This document shows, piece by piece, positions 38,820 through 51,689 of a DNA stretch of 64,000 bases; positions within the stretch are counted from its first letter, which is position 1; each line of letters begins with the position of its first letter. Below the pieces are notes generated by a model. That model had not been told where the DNA came from and searched no databases. It was given only the letters and a program-made list of their open reading frames with translations. The translations under genes and the position numbers were made by a program. The stretch is from Eledone cirrhosa. Taxonomy: Eukaryota. The DNA lies in assembly GCA_964016885.1 (NCBI GenBank), contig OZ024740.1, forward strand, positions 174,654,001 to 174,718,000, written 5' to 3'.

Positions 38820-39134
38820 TTTACGTCCGCTTTTTCCCTGCTTGCAAGGGTGGGACGGGAACTGATTCTGGCTTGGGTTCTACAGATCGATGCCCTTCCT
38901 AACACCAACCTCATTTACAGTGAGTGCTGGATCCTTTTTTGCCGTGGCACCTACACGTCCACTTTACAGTGGAATATGGACCCCAGACCCTATCATCTCA
39001 TTTCTACAGCTGAGTAAACTGGAGCAATGTGAAATAAAGTGTCTTGCTCAAGGAAACAACACATCGACTGGTCTGAGAATTGAACTCACAATCTTTCGAT
39101 TGCAAGGCCAATGCTCTAAACACTAAGCCATGTG

Positions 39135-39136
<2 letters not shown>
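38820..39136 (-). mobile_element. tRNA-derived SINE family B (CORE-like centre, RTE-derived tail)
   Basis: Reverse complement of 45767-46135. Confidence 0.88.
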
Positions 39137-39220
<84 letters not shown>

Positions 39221-39243
39221 TGTATGTATGTATGTATGTTAGT

Positions 39244-39851
39244 GTCAGGTCACTAGTTGGTGCTACTGGTAACATGTATTCCAGTACAACCTGTCCCATG
39301 GTCGGGTTGTTGGCGACTAAACTGGCAACCTCACCAAGGTTTCTTGGTGAGGAGGGTGACTTTGGACATCCTGCAAGACTAAAAACAAAACCCGTCAAAG
39401 GGCAAAGGAGCTCTTAAGAGTCAATGGCCATCCAAAATCACCGGGAGAGATGACCCCTTAGCCTTTGTCAAGGCAGAATTCTAGGAGAAGGAAAACTCTG
39501 ATATAACACCTGCAACCCTGATGGTATCCAATGATGTTGACTTGTTCTTCTTTTTGGTAAATATCATCTTGGTTAAGAGAGTGGGACTGGCTTTGTGCAG
39601 TGCCTTTGCTCACTATAAAAGCTTCACGGCACAGGCATTGCTTTATATCTGGAGATCTCTCTGCACTTGTCGTCTCATGGTACCATGGGCCGAGCACTAT
39701 GTGTCAATAATTGTCGCAAGTGTAGTGTTTGTACCAGAGTTTTCAAGTCGCTAACTGGACTAAAAAGTCACACTCGTTCAGCGCATCGGTATGGGTTCTC
39801 CTACATGGATATAAAGTAGTGGCCATACTCGAAAACGAGTTGGCAGCCACC
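39244..39851 (+). mobile_element. 606 bp RTE-derived element, first unit of a tandem dimer
   Basis: Near-identical to 28637-29242; flanked by (TATG)n. Confidence 0.93.
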
Positions 39852-39881
39852 ATGTATGTATGTATGTATGTATGTATTTAT

Positions 39882-40489
39882 GTCAGGTCACCAGTTGGTG
39901 TTACTGGTAACATGTATCCCAGTACAACCTGTCCCATGGTCGGGTCGTTGGCGACTAAACTGGCAACCCCACCAAGGTTTCTTGGTGAGGAGGGTGACTT
40001 TGGACATCCTGCAGGACTAAAAACAAAACCTGTCAAAGGGCAAAGGAGCTCTAAAGAGTCAATGGCCATCCAAAATCACCGGGAGAGATGACCCCTTAGC
40101 CTTTGTCAAGGCAGAATTCTAGGAGAAGGAAAACTCTGATATAACACCTGCAACCCTGATGGTATCCAATGATGTTGACTTGTTCTTCTTTTTGGTAAAT
40201 ATCATCTTGGTTAAGAGAGTGGGACTGTCTTTGTGCAGTGCCTTTGCTCACTATAAAAGCTTCACGGCACAGGCATTGCTTTATATCTGGAGATCTCTCT
40301 GCACTTGTCGTCACATGGTACCATGGGCCCAGCACTATGTATCAATAATTGTCACAAGTGTTGTGTTTGTACCAGAGTTTTCAAGTCGCTGGCTGGACTA
40401 AAAAGTCACACTTGTTCAACGCATCGGTAGGGGTTCTCCTACATGGATATAAAGTAGTGGCCGTACTCGAAAACGAGTTGGCAGCCACC
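39882..40489 (+). mobile_element. 606 bp RTE-derived element, second unit of the dimer
   Basis: Starts inside the (ATGT)n tail of the previous copy. Confidence 0.93.
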
Positions 40490-40512
40490 ATGTATGTATG
40501 TATGTATGTATG

Positions 40513-40548
<36 letters not shown>

Positions 40549-41122
40549 TTTATTAAAATAACAGATTAAAGTTTAAGCAAATTGATAGCTTCCGGTACCT
40601 AGGTGATTAAGCAAATTAAAGTTTAAGCAAGTTTAATTGGTGGTAGCACTTAGACAATGTTTAAGTATAATGGTGTTGTATATGAAAACATCATCATCAT
40701 CATCATCATTTAATGTCTATTTTCCATGCTAGTATGCGTTAGACAGGTTCTCCCGTTTGAGGCAAGTTGGGTCAGATGACAGTGTCGTGTTCATACAGAA
40801 CTGTTTCTGGCTTGGTTCCTACGGCTGGATGCTCTTCCTAATGACGCCAAACTCATTTACTGTGTGTGATGGGAGATTTTTGCCGTGACACCTACATGGA
40901 TGGTTTTTGTTGTGATACCAACACAAGAACTTTACAGTGTAAGGATGGTGTGATCAGATGTGGGTGGCATGTTAGGGCATGGGAGGGAAGGATAGTGGTT
41001 AAGATGCATGTTTCAGTCCGGCTGTGTGAGGAGGTTTACTGCATAATGCTAAAGATGTCAATCCTGTGCCATTATATAAACATACCTCATATGTTTATAG
41101 ACAATATACATATGGGTAGCCT

Positions 41123-41154
<32 letters not shown>

Positions 41155-41351
41155 TATATTGTTATACTTGGGGAGGGTCATATTGTTGTAATAATATTGC
41201 CAGAAATAATAACAGAACACACTCAGTTTGGTTGGTTTTCGCTTCTGTATCTTTTATATCTCCACAGTTAATTCATTTACTCCTCAATGTTTATCATTGA
41301 CTGGCCAACAGTCAAAGATACAGATATAATATAGATATAAACACATATATA

Positions 41352-42960
41352 TAGTTGCTGAGATGCTGAAGGCATCAGGGGATGTAGGCACTAAACTGGT
41401 TGCATGCATCATCAATCAGGCTATATATGCTGGTGTCATACCCAAAGACTGGTGCAGCAGTATTCTTATAAATTGCTACAAAGGTAAAGGGGATGCTCTG
41501 GAGAGGAGCAATTATAGGGGTATAAAACTGATGGATCAGGTTATGAAAGTGGCAGAAAGGATATTAGCACAACTAATTAGAGAAAGGATCAAACTAGATG
41601 AGATGCAGTTTGGTTTTGTGCCTGGGAAAAGTACAACAGATGCCCTCTTTTTGGTGAGACAATTACAAGAGAGGTTCTTAAAGAAGAATAAGCCACTATA
41701 CTTAGCCTTTGTTGACCTAGAGAAGGCCTTTGTTAGGGTACCCCGATCTGTCATCTGGTGGTCCCTAAGGAAACTAGGTGTTGAGGAATGGCTTGTGAGG
41801 ACAGTGCAAACTTTTTACAGAGGTGCTGTCAGTAAAGTCAGGGTAGGAATGGAGTTTAGTGAGGAATACCAGATACAAGTAGGAGTACATCAAGGTTCGG
41901 TCCTCAGCCCGCTCTTGTTCATTATAGTCCTCCAAGCCATAACAGGGGAGTTTAAGACTGGCTGTCCATGGGAACCTCTCTATGCTGACGATCTGATTCT
42001 TATAGCAGAATCAGTAGAGGAGCTAAAGAATAAATTCTGGCTATGGAAACAGCAGTTGGAAGCAAGAGGACTGAGAGTGAACCTAGCTAAGACAAAATGT
42101 TGATGAGTAGAAAAGAGGACAAAACTCTGATTCCGTCAGGGAAATGGCCATGTTCGATATACAGAAAAGGAACTGGCATAAATTCTATAAAATGCACACA
42201 ATGCAGATCCTGGGTACACAAGAGATGTAGTGGGATAGCAGGCAAACTAACAGGTAGGGAGAAATACGTATGCAGTAGATGTACAGGGAAATTAGACAGT
42301 AGAAGTTGCATTGATAGACACATTTTTCAAATGCAGGCTATAGAAGTGGAGGATAGCTTCCAGTGCCTAGGAGATCAGATTAGCATGGGTGAGGGGTGTT
42401 CCGAGGCCATAGTATCTAGAATAAGAATGGGTTGGAAGAAGTTTAGAGAACTGCTTCCTCTACTGACGAAGAAGGGTTTCTCCCTGCGTGCGAAAGGCCG
42501 GTTATATGATGCCTGTGTGAGGAGCACGATGCTGCATGGTAGTGAGACATGGGCAGCAACTGCAGAGGATATGCGACGGCTGGAGAGAAATGAGGCAAGC
42601 ATGCTCCGTTGGATATGCAATGTCAATGTGAGTGAACGACCCAGCATGAATGTGTTGAGAGAGAAACTGTGTCTGAGAGAGATAAAATGTAGTGTGCAAG
42701 AGAGGAGACTGCGGTGGTATGGACATGTGATGCGCATGGAGGATGACCGATGCATGAAGAAGTGCCAGGAAATGCCAGTTGAAGGAAGACGTGGTAGAGG
42801 TAGACCACGAAAAACATGGGCGGAGGTGGTGAGAACAGACCTCAGATCGCTGAAGCTCATGGTGGAGATGGCGAAGGACAGTGACATGTGGAGAGATGCT
42901 GTGCTGAATAAGACCTGTCCCACCCTTGCAAGCAGGGAAAAGCGGACGTAAAATGATGAG
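41352..42960 (+). mobile_element. 5'-truncated RTE LINE subfamily 1: RT domain, PHD-like finger and C-terminus, one frameshift near 42097
   Basis: ORF 41363-42103 has NYRGIKL, QFGF, FVDLEKAF, GVHQGSVLSPLLF, YADD. ORF 42097-42951 has a Cys/His finger, HGSETW, RLRWYGHV, RGRGRPRKTW and an (ATG)n tail. Confidence 0.95.
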
Positions 42961-43164
42961 GATGATAGTATATATAGTCTAAACATTTATCCTATACAGA
43001 AATGTAGGTCAAAATCTTTAATGTAAGTAGGTTCAGAATAGAATTCTTGATATATACATTCATGCCCGCATGTTCATGCATACAACTTATTTTCATTGGG
43101 TAACTTCATTTTATGCTCGTATATTATTTGGAAAGTAACCTACTTCATTATTTTATTAAGACTA

Positions 43165-43585
43165 TCAGTGGAGGGTTGGACAAAATACCTTGCAGCATAT
43201 AGTTACGACCCTTTATGTTCTGAGTTAAAATGGTCCATGGTTAGCTTTACCTTTCATCCGTACAGTGTCAATAAAATATAGCAGCTGTAACCCACTGGGG
43301 TCGATTTAATCAACTTTCCCCATCCCTTTTCATTGCTTGCCTTATGCAAGATGTAGAAACAATCATATTAGGACAGTGAATTAGCAAAATTATTAGAATG
43401 TCAGACAAAATGCTTTACAGTTCTTTACATTCTGTGTTTAAATTATGCTGAGATCAACATTGCCTTTTATTCTTCCAGTGTTGATAAAATATAGAACCAG
43501 TGAAGTACTGGTTCAATATAACTAATTCCTTTGCCTCTCAGCAGATAATAAATTGTGTTGGCCTTGTGCCTAAATTATAAATCAT
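43165..43585 (+). mobile_element. Two old family A SINE copies
   Basis: Degenerate ttctgagtt..ctttcatcc..gtcaataaaata..gtagaaacaat. Confidence 0.65.
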
Positions 43586-43602
43586 CATTACATTATATTA
43601 TA

Positions 43603-43654
<52 letters not shown>

Positions 43655-44017
43655 GTGTATGTGTGTGTGTAATATATATATACATACACATATATTAAAG
43701 CTGTACCTGTTCGGCAGGTAATTTGAACTGACACCATATGGTGAATCTGAAACAATTGCATCATGAGAACAAGCAAAATCTGTTACATTCACTTTTCATG
43801 CATTTCATAATAGTGTAGACTTTTATGTTAAAAAGCTTTCTTACACTACTGCTATCTGGTCTAAAATGTTTCTACACTCAAACACACTGAAAGATGATAT
43901 CTGAAGAAGATCAGCGATAAACCAGTTGAATAAGCCACTAAGTATAGAAGAGAATGAGCATATTTTATATAAGTGATTTCTACAGATCTACAAATATTTA
44001 TTCATATGAACTCATCA

Positions 44018-44062
44018 TTCCTGATTATTTCATATGAATGAAACCATTCTAGTCCAGTAGAA
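44018..44062 (+). ncRNA. Degenerate hammerhead motif (13307 family)
   Basis: ttc-CTGATTA-tttcatatgaat-GAAA-cca ttctagtc cag-TA-gaa; G8 is mutated. Confidence 0.45.
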
Positions 44063-44068
44063 ATCATT

Positions 44069-44107
<39 letters not shown>

Positions 44108-44108
<1 letters not shown>

Positions 44109-44293
44109 AATTGTTTCTACTTTTGGCACAAGGCCAGCAATTATTCCAGTGCATTACTGGTACTTTATTTTATCGACCCCGTAAGGATGAAAGGCAAAGT
44201 TAACCTCGGCGGGATTTGAACTCAGATCATAAAGGGAGGTAACTCTATGCTTCAAAGCATGGCGTCCGACCCTTACCGATACTGCCAATCCAC
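44108..44293 (-). mobile_element. Family A SINE (short variant)
   Basis: Reverse complement of the consensus. Confidence 0.9.
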
Positions 44294-44613
44294 TGATAAT
44301 ATTCCAATTACGGACTCAATACATGGTATCTCGTCGTTAGTAGTGGTGGTGATTGGGTGTAGTGGTTGATGGCGGTGATGGAGTTGGCGTCTAGTAGTTA
44401 GTGGTGTTGATGGTTGGCTGCAGTTGTTGATGGTGGTGATGGTTGGCTGTAGTTGATGGCGGTGATGGCTGGTAGTCCGTAATTGGAATATTATCATTTG
44501 ATTGTATGTGTGTAGGCATCCATATGTATGTGTGTGTATACATGTGTATGTATGTATGTAGACAGGCATCTATGTCTGTGTGTATGTATGTATATAGGTA
44601 TATATATGTCTAT

Positions 44614-45209
44614 GTTGGTGCTACTGGTAACATGCATCCCAGTACAACCTGTCCCATGGTCGGGTCGTTGGCGACTAAACTGGCAACCTCACCAAGGTTT
44701 CTTGGTGAAGAGGGTGACTTTGGACATCCTGCAGGACTAAAAACAAAACCTGTCAAAGGGCAAAGGAGCTCTTAAGAATCAATGGCCATCCAAAATCACC
44801 GGGAGAGATGACCCCTTAGCCTTTGTCAAGGCAGAATTCTAGGAGAAGGAAAACTCTGATATAACACCTGCAACCCTGATGGTATCCAATGATGTTGACT
44901 TGTTCTTCTTTTTGGTAAATATCATCTTGATTAAGAGAGTGGGACTGGCTTTGTGCAGTGCCTTTTCTCACTATAAAAGCTTCACGGCACAGGCATTGCT
45001 TTATATCTGGAGATCTCTCTGCACTTGTCGTTACATGGTACCATGGGCCCAGCACTATGTGTCAATAATTGTCACAAGTGTAGTGTTTGTTCCAGAGTTT
45101 TCATGTCGCAGGCTGAACTAAAAAGTCACACTCGTTCAGCGCATCGGTATGGGTTCTCCTACATGGATATAAAGTAGTGGCCGTACTCGAAAACGAGTTG
45201 GCAGCCACC
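44614..45209 (+). mobile_element. 606 bp RTE-derived element lacking ~12 nt at the 5' end
   Basis: Near-identical to the other copies. Confidence 0.92.
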
Positions 45210-45257
45210 ATATATATATATATATATATATAAGACAAATTAAGATGACATAATCAT

Positions 45258-45541
45258 TTACAATTGTTTCAACACAAAATTTTCATTAAACACACAACTA
45301 GGTGAAATGTAATTCATAATAATAATAGTAATAACAATAATAATAATTATAATACAATCACGAGGAATGCTATTATACCTATGCTAGTAGAGATGTAGTT
45401 GCTAAAATAGCAACATGCTCTGCTCCCTGTACTTGGGTTTGAATTATTGTAATCATCAATATTGTCATTACTATTAATATTATCGATTACAATTTGCCTA
45501 GTTGTGTGTTTAATGAAAATTTTGTGTTGAAACAATTGTAA
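45258..45541. repeat. Inverted repeat, 45 bp perfect arms extending degenerately to ~100 bp
   Basis: ttacaattgtttcaacacaaaattttcattaaacacacaactagg / cctagttgtgtgtttaatgaaaattttgtgttgaaacaattgtaa. Confidence 0.9.
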
Positions 45542-45766
45542 CAATTAAAAGATTTAAGAACTTCTATTTGTCATTTTAATTTGTTTTATATGCTCTGTGT
45601 TAAAAATGCCCCTTATCTTCTTGTCTTAAAATTCTATTCCCTATATCTATTTGTAAGTGCATAAATATATTGGGCTTAGATTTTCTCACTTGCAATTTCT
45701 TTTCACGTAACTCTAATTGTATGTTTGTTTCTTGTTTATTATAAAAGAAATATATAGGAAAAATGA

Positions 45767-46140
45767 AGGCACATGGCTTAATGGTTAGAGCATTGGGCTT
45801 GCAATCGAAAGGTTGTGAGTTCAATTCTCAGACCGGGTGATGTGTTGTTTCCTTGAGCAAGACACTTTATTTCACATTGCTCCAGTTCACTCAGCTGTAG
45901 AAATGAGATGATGGGGACTGGGGTCCCTATCATTTCACTGCAAAGTGGTTGTGGAGGTGCCATGGCAAAAAAGCACCCAGCCCACACTGTAAGGTGGACG
46001 TGTTGTCACCACGGAAAAAAGCACCCAGCACTCACTGTAAATGAGGTTGGTGTTAGGAAGGGCATCCAGCTGTATAAATCAAGCCAGAATCAGTTCCCGT
46101 CCCACCCTTGCAAGCAGGGAAAAGAGGACGTAAAATGAAA
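45767..46140 (+). mobile_element. tRNA-derived SINE family B, full length
   Basis: A-box tggcttaatggttagag, B-box gagttcaattc, ccttgagcaagacactt..ctcagctgtagaaatg, aggaagggcatccagc. The tail matches the 3' end of RTE subfamily 1. Confidence 0.9.
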
Positions 46141-46181
46141 TGATGATGAAATGATGATAGAAAAAATATATGTACAAAGGA

Positions 46182-46510
46182 TAAAGACCTCCTTCAGTCA
46201 CGAATGCCCATGAGATTTGCACCTAGAAAGTTCCCCATCGAGGATCAAGCCCGAGGATTGTTTTTGGAAGATCAGCAGTCACCCATGCATACCAGTCTGC
46301 CCTCTCCACGCCATTGATGTTGTCCAAGGGAAAGGCAAAGGCCGATACAGCTTGGCACCAATGACGTAACAACTCATTTCTACAGCTGAGTAAACTGGAG
46401 CAACATGAAATAAAGTGTCTTGCTCAAGAACACAATACAAATCCCAGTCCAAGAAATGAACTCACAACCTCATGATTGTATGACTGATGCTCTAACAACT
46501 AAGCCGTGTG
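46182..46510 (-). mobile_element. tRNA-derived SINE family C (head and core like B, different tail); also 55005-55330 (+)
   Basis: Shares ctacagctgagtaaactggagcaa..gtgtcttgctcaag with family B; the 3' body matches 55140-55325. Confidence 0.85.
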
Positions 46511-46939
46511 TGTGTGTAAATCTACATGCATGTGTGTATATTTGATACAAACATATAGTTACTTCCTACTGGAGAGAGTACCAATGTCAGCACTCAATGC
46601 AGAGCAGAGTGTATATATATATATATAAGAACAAAGTAGAGGTGTTACAAATGAGATTTATTGCCCAACCCAGTTACAAATGTTTCCCAGGCAGCCAGCT
46701 CGTGATCTGGGATTCATCCCAGACCAGACTCCAAGTTTACCTGATCCTCATACCAGTTTTAACACAACAAAAATCACATTAAATCTGTGGACAAAGCTGC
46801 CAGACACAAACAAGCATATAAAATGACCAATAACGGGCCTAGAATCCAACGGACACATGTATCCCGAGCATCACAAGAAAATAACTGTTATAAACAAAAA
46901 CAAAACTAACATATATAAATAAACACCTCCACTATGTTT

Positions 46940-47110
46940 GGTGGATTGGCAGTATCGGTAGAAGCTCGGACGCATGCTTTCCAGCATAGTTACGTCCCTT
47001 TATGGTCGGAGTTCAAATCCCACCAATGTTAACTTTGCCTTCCATCCTTCCGATAGAATAAAGTGCCAGTAATGCACTGGGATAATTGTGCCACAAGTAG
47101 AAACAATTAT
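46940..47110 (+). mobile_element. Family A SINE
   Basis: ggtggattggcagtatcggtag..gagttcaaatccc..gtagaaacaatt. Confidence 0.85.
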
Positions 47111-47129
47111 ATATATATATATATATATA

Positions 47130-48850
47130 GGGTTTGTGACAGGTAAAAGTACCACAGGCGCTCTTTTCCTTGTATGACAACTACAGGAGAAGTACCTAGC
47201 TAAAAGTAAACCCCTCTACTTAGCTTTTGTTGACTTGGAGAAAGCATTTGACAGAGTCCCCCGCTCCATTATCTGGTGGGCTCTTAGAAAACTAGGTGTT
47301 GATGAATGGCTTGTGAGAGCTATACAAGCCATGTATAAAGAAACAGTCAACAAGGTTAGAATTAACAACGAATATAGTGAAGAATTTAGCATAAAAGTTG
47401 GTGTTCATCAAGGCTCTGTCCTTAGCCCCCTCCTATTTATTATTGCCCTTCAGGCTATAACAGAGGAGTTCAAGACCGGCTGCCCATGGAAACTTCTATA
47501 CACTGATGATCTAACTCTCATAGCTGAATCTATAGCTGAACTAGAGAAGAAATTCCAAACATGGAAGCATGGCCTAGAATCAAACGGCCTTAAAGTTAAC
47601 TTGTCTAAGACTAAAGTTCTAGTATGTAGAAAGTAAAATAGGGCACAGCCCCCCCGAAATGGCGATGCTCAGTGTGTAGGAAAGGAGTGGGCAGAAATTC
47701 CATTTTATGTCCCAAATGCAAACTATGGGTACATAAAAGATGTAGTGGGATCACAGGTAAGCTATCTAAGAACGTAGATTTTATATGTGGCCGATGCTCA
47801 GGTGCAACAAGTAGCAAGTGCTCACAGGATACTAGCTCCTTCTATTGCCCAGATGGTTCTATAGAAATAGTGGACACCTTCTGTTACCTGGGTGACAAGA
47901 TCAGCAGTGGTGGAGGGTGCTCTGAAAGTACAGTAGCCAGAGTCAGAAATGGATGGAAAAAGTTCAGAGAGCTTATACCACTATTGGCCATTAAAGGGTT
48001 CTCTCTAAAAATGAAAGGCAGATTGTATGATGCATGCATACGAACAGCAATGTTACATGACAGTGAGACATGGGCATTGTGTGCAGAGGACCTGCGCAGA
48101 CTGGAGAGGAATGAAGCATGCATGCTCCGTTGGATTTGTAATAGTAATATACGCGAACGGCAAAGCATAAATGAACTAAGTGAGAAATTAGGAATAAGAG
48201 GGATCAGATGCTGTTTACTTGAGAGAAGACTACGTTGGTATGGTCACGTGATGCGCATGAAAGACGACAGCTGTATAAAAAAATGCAGGGCGATCAAAAT
48301 TGATGGAAGTTACGGAGTAGGTAGAAAAACCTAGGACGATTTGATAAATTCCGACCTTACACACTTACACCTCTCTAAGACAATGTTCTGCATAGCACCA
48401 ATCTTTGGTGCTATGCAGTAATACAGAAGACACACCTTGCCTATGTACATAACGAAACCTACAGTCAGTAGGCACCTCTTAACCAAATATACACCCCCAT
48501 CCCACTACCCCTACTCCACTCCTCTCCCACACTCCCACCAACACCACCCTCTCTCTGTAAAGTTATGTTGGTACCACAACATCCAGTCCAAAATAAATGA
48601 GGTCGTGTAGGAGTCACGACAAAAAAACACAGTCCACGCTGTAATGTGGCTGTGTAGGTAACACGCTAAAAACCTCCCAGTTCACACTGTAAACGTGGTT
48701 GGTGTTAGGAAGGGCATCAAGCCGTAGAAAACCTGCCAGACAGTCCTATACAGTCACCCAACCAATCTTGCCTCAAGTAAGACAATTCCCGTCTAAACCC
48801 ATGCTAGCGTGGAAGATAGACATTAAACAATGATGATGATGATGATGATG
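47130..48850 (+). mobile_element. 5'-truncated RTE LINE subfamily 2 (RT, PHD-like finger, long 3' UTR)
   Basis: ORFs 47235-47636 (KAFDRVPR, GVHQGSVLSPLLF, YTDD) and 47672-48334; (ATG)n tail. Confidence 0.93.
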
Positions 48851-48962
48851 ATATACACTCTTATACTGCTCTACCCCCAAACCACCTATTTTCTTCTCCC
48901 ACTATATATATGTATTCTTCAACTCAACACAACAGACCAGTTTATATATATATATATATATT

Positions 48963-49093
48963 TATATTATTATAAATCATGTCTACAGAACTATTAGATA
49001 ACCAAAATATATACTCCATTTCCTCTGCCAGAGGAAATGGAGTATATATTTTGTTTATCTAATAGTTCTGTAGGCATGATTTATAATAATATA
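48963..49093. repeat. Near-perfect hairpin, 65 bp arms with a 1 nt centre
   Basis: tatattattataaatcatg..ctccatttcctctg-c-cagaggaaatggag..catgatttataataatata. Confidence 0.95.
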
Positions 49094-49182
49094 TTGCTCT
49101 GAGTTTTTAATTTATTAATTCTTCATAGAGCTAAAAAGTGACCGGTTGTAACATATATAAATTTATGTATATGTAAACCTTT

Positions 49183-49369
<187 letters not shown>

Positions 49370-49869
49370 CTACATACAGTTTGTTCCACAGGACATTCCT
49401 TCCATCAGCTGTTGACTGAAGATCTCAATGATTTCAGCACCTCCTGTCCCTATTGTTCTCTCTAGCAATGAGTAACAGCATTGATGCTACTTGGGAATGT
49501 CCAGGTTTTATAATTCACTCTGTAGCACAATTGTTTTCATTATCCATGCTTCTATTACCAGATTCTATTATGTTTAGTCCTTGGTGGGTGCTTGCTTCCT
49601 GCTTTGACTATTAGTCTTTCACTTAAAAAGCTTTTGCCATAATATACATTGTGAATATTTTTCATCTCACTTGACAGTATTTCAATCATTGCTCTACTGT
49701 CCTTTCCAAGTCCAATGTCAGCCAGGTGAGATAATAGATCTAACCACAATTTCATGACATCCAATTTTAGCTGGAAGTAATGTACAAGGTCATCTTAAAC
49801 CCTCACCCACCTCCTTTCGTTCTTTAAATTTTATGCAATTTCTTTCATCTGAAGTTTGTCATGAACTCA

Positions 49870-50130
49870 GAGGCTCATCAGGCTGGTGCCTATCCTGGTT
49901 TCTGTGGCATGAAGTGACTGAGAGTACAAGACACCCCAATAGACATGATGCCAGTTCATCACAGGGTAAACCCCCCAGCTATTGCTGGTATACTCATTTT
50001 CAGCTAAATATGCTGGACCAACATGAAATGACGTGTTTTACTCAAGAACATAACACACAACCCAGTCCAGGAATTGAACCCACAATATTATGATCGTAAG
50101 TCCAACCCCCTTATCACTAGGCCACATGCC
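49870..50130 (-). mobile_element. Old tRNA-derived SINE
   Basis: Minus strand ggcatgtggcctagtgataagg..ggttcaattcctggactggg..gttcttgagtaaaacac. Confidence 0.7.
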
Positions 50131-50514
50131 TCTGATTTCTTTCATGAGTTCACTCTATAGTGTCTTTCCAAGGCACTGTCAACTCAACAATCAGGATATT
50201 TTTGTTATGTCAGACAAGGCCATAAGGTCAGAGAACTGTGTTGTTATAGCAGTAGGGCTTAGGAATACTAGTGCTTTTTTCAGGTCAGCCTCTTCTTTCC
50301 AATCATTGATGCATTGCAGAAGTCTGGGTACCAACTTTCTATCGTTCATCCTCCTCCTTGTCCTTTCTCACTCTCCTTGTGGAAAACAACAGGATGCAGA
50401 CTTGCATTAACTTTGTTGCATTACCTTTGTAATGCATTAGTGAAGACACTCAGGTCTTGATGGCCATAATCATATATATAAATAATGATATATGTATTTT
50501 GTGGTTATCTTCTA

Positions 50515-50990
50515 ACCACAAAAGCTTTTTTCATCAAAATGAAGGGTAGATTGCATGATGCATGTATGCGAACAGCAATGTTGCATGACAGTGAGACCTG
50601 GGCACTATGTGCAGAGGATCTATGAAGATTGAAAGAAATGAAGCTTCCATGCTTCAATGGATCAGTAATAGTAATATACATGGATGGCAAAGCTCAAATG
50701 AACTGAAAATGAAACTGGGCATAAGAGGTATCAGATGCAATGTGCAAGAGAGGATAATGTGTATATATGGACATGTGATTCATATGAAGGATGACAGCTG
50801 TATGAAAAGGTGCATGGCACTCAAAGTTAATGGAAGCTATGTTGTAGGAAGACAGAGGAAGACTTGAGATGAGGTGATAAAAGCTGACCTTGCACAATTG
50901 CACCTCTCGAAGGTGATGACACAGGATCGAGATTTCTGATGGTATGCAGTAATACAGAAACCCTGCCTTCCCATGTGCATGGATTAAAGC
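50515..50990 (+). mobile_element. RTE subfamily 2, 3' fragment
   Basis: KMKGRLHDACMRTAMLHDSETW..IERNEASML..GRQRKT. Confidence 0.85.
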
Positions 50991-51100
50991 ATACATCTTG
51001 TATGCACTACCTTCCACCTCCCCCTTCCATACACCTTCACTCCTTACACCCCTCCCTTCGTCCATGTCCTTCCCCCTTTTACACCTCCCACAACCAAAAG

Positions 51101-51147
51101 ATTTCCTGCTGATTTCTTTTGAATAAAACTGTTCTAGTTCTGTAGAA
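51101..51147 (+). ncRNA. Degenerate hammerhead motif (13307 family)
   Basis: tttc-CTGCTGA-tttcttttgaat-AAAA-ctg ttctagtt ctg-TA-gaa; the core is mutated. Confidence 0.4.
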
Positions 51148-51233
51148 GCTATTTCTATATTAAACTTGATATATATATATATAATATATATATATATATA
51201 TGATATAGATATATATATATATATATATATATA

Positions 51234-51311
<78 letters not shown>

Positions 51312-51689
51312 GTGTGTGTGTGTATGTGTATGTGAAAGCATGATGGTGTGAGTCTTCTAGGTGTTAATGTTCATTTTTTTTCTGTTAAGGGCCTTATATA
51401 ACCTATTATTTAGACTATTGTTCTCTAGTCAAAACAATGAAGCTTCTAAGTTTTTCTTTAAAAAATTATATATATATATATATATATATGTTTCATTGAG
51501 CAGTGATTTTTACGGGACTAGTTTTGTTTTATTTATTGATGAAACAAAACTAATGATGTACAAAACATCTCTTAATGAAATAAAGTACATTCTCTACTTG
51601 ATGTATTGAGTACCTTACTTTAATTGTGGTTCCCTTCCATTTTGTAATGTAATACCATTTTACTATATATATAATCATCATCATCACCG

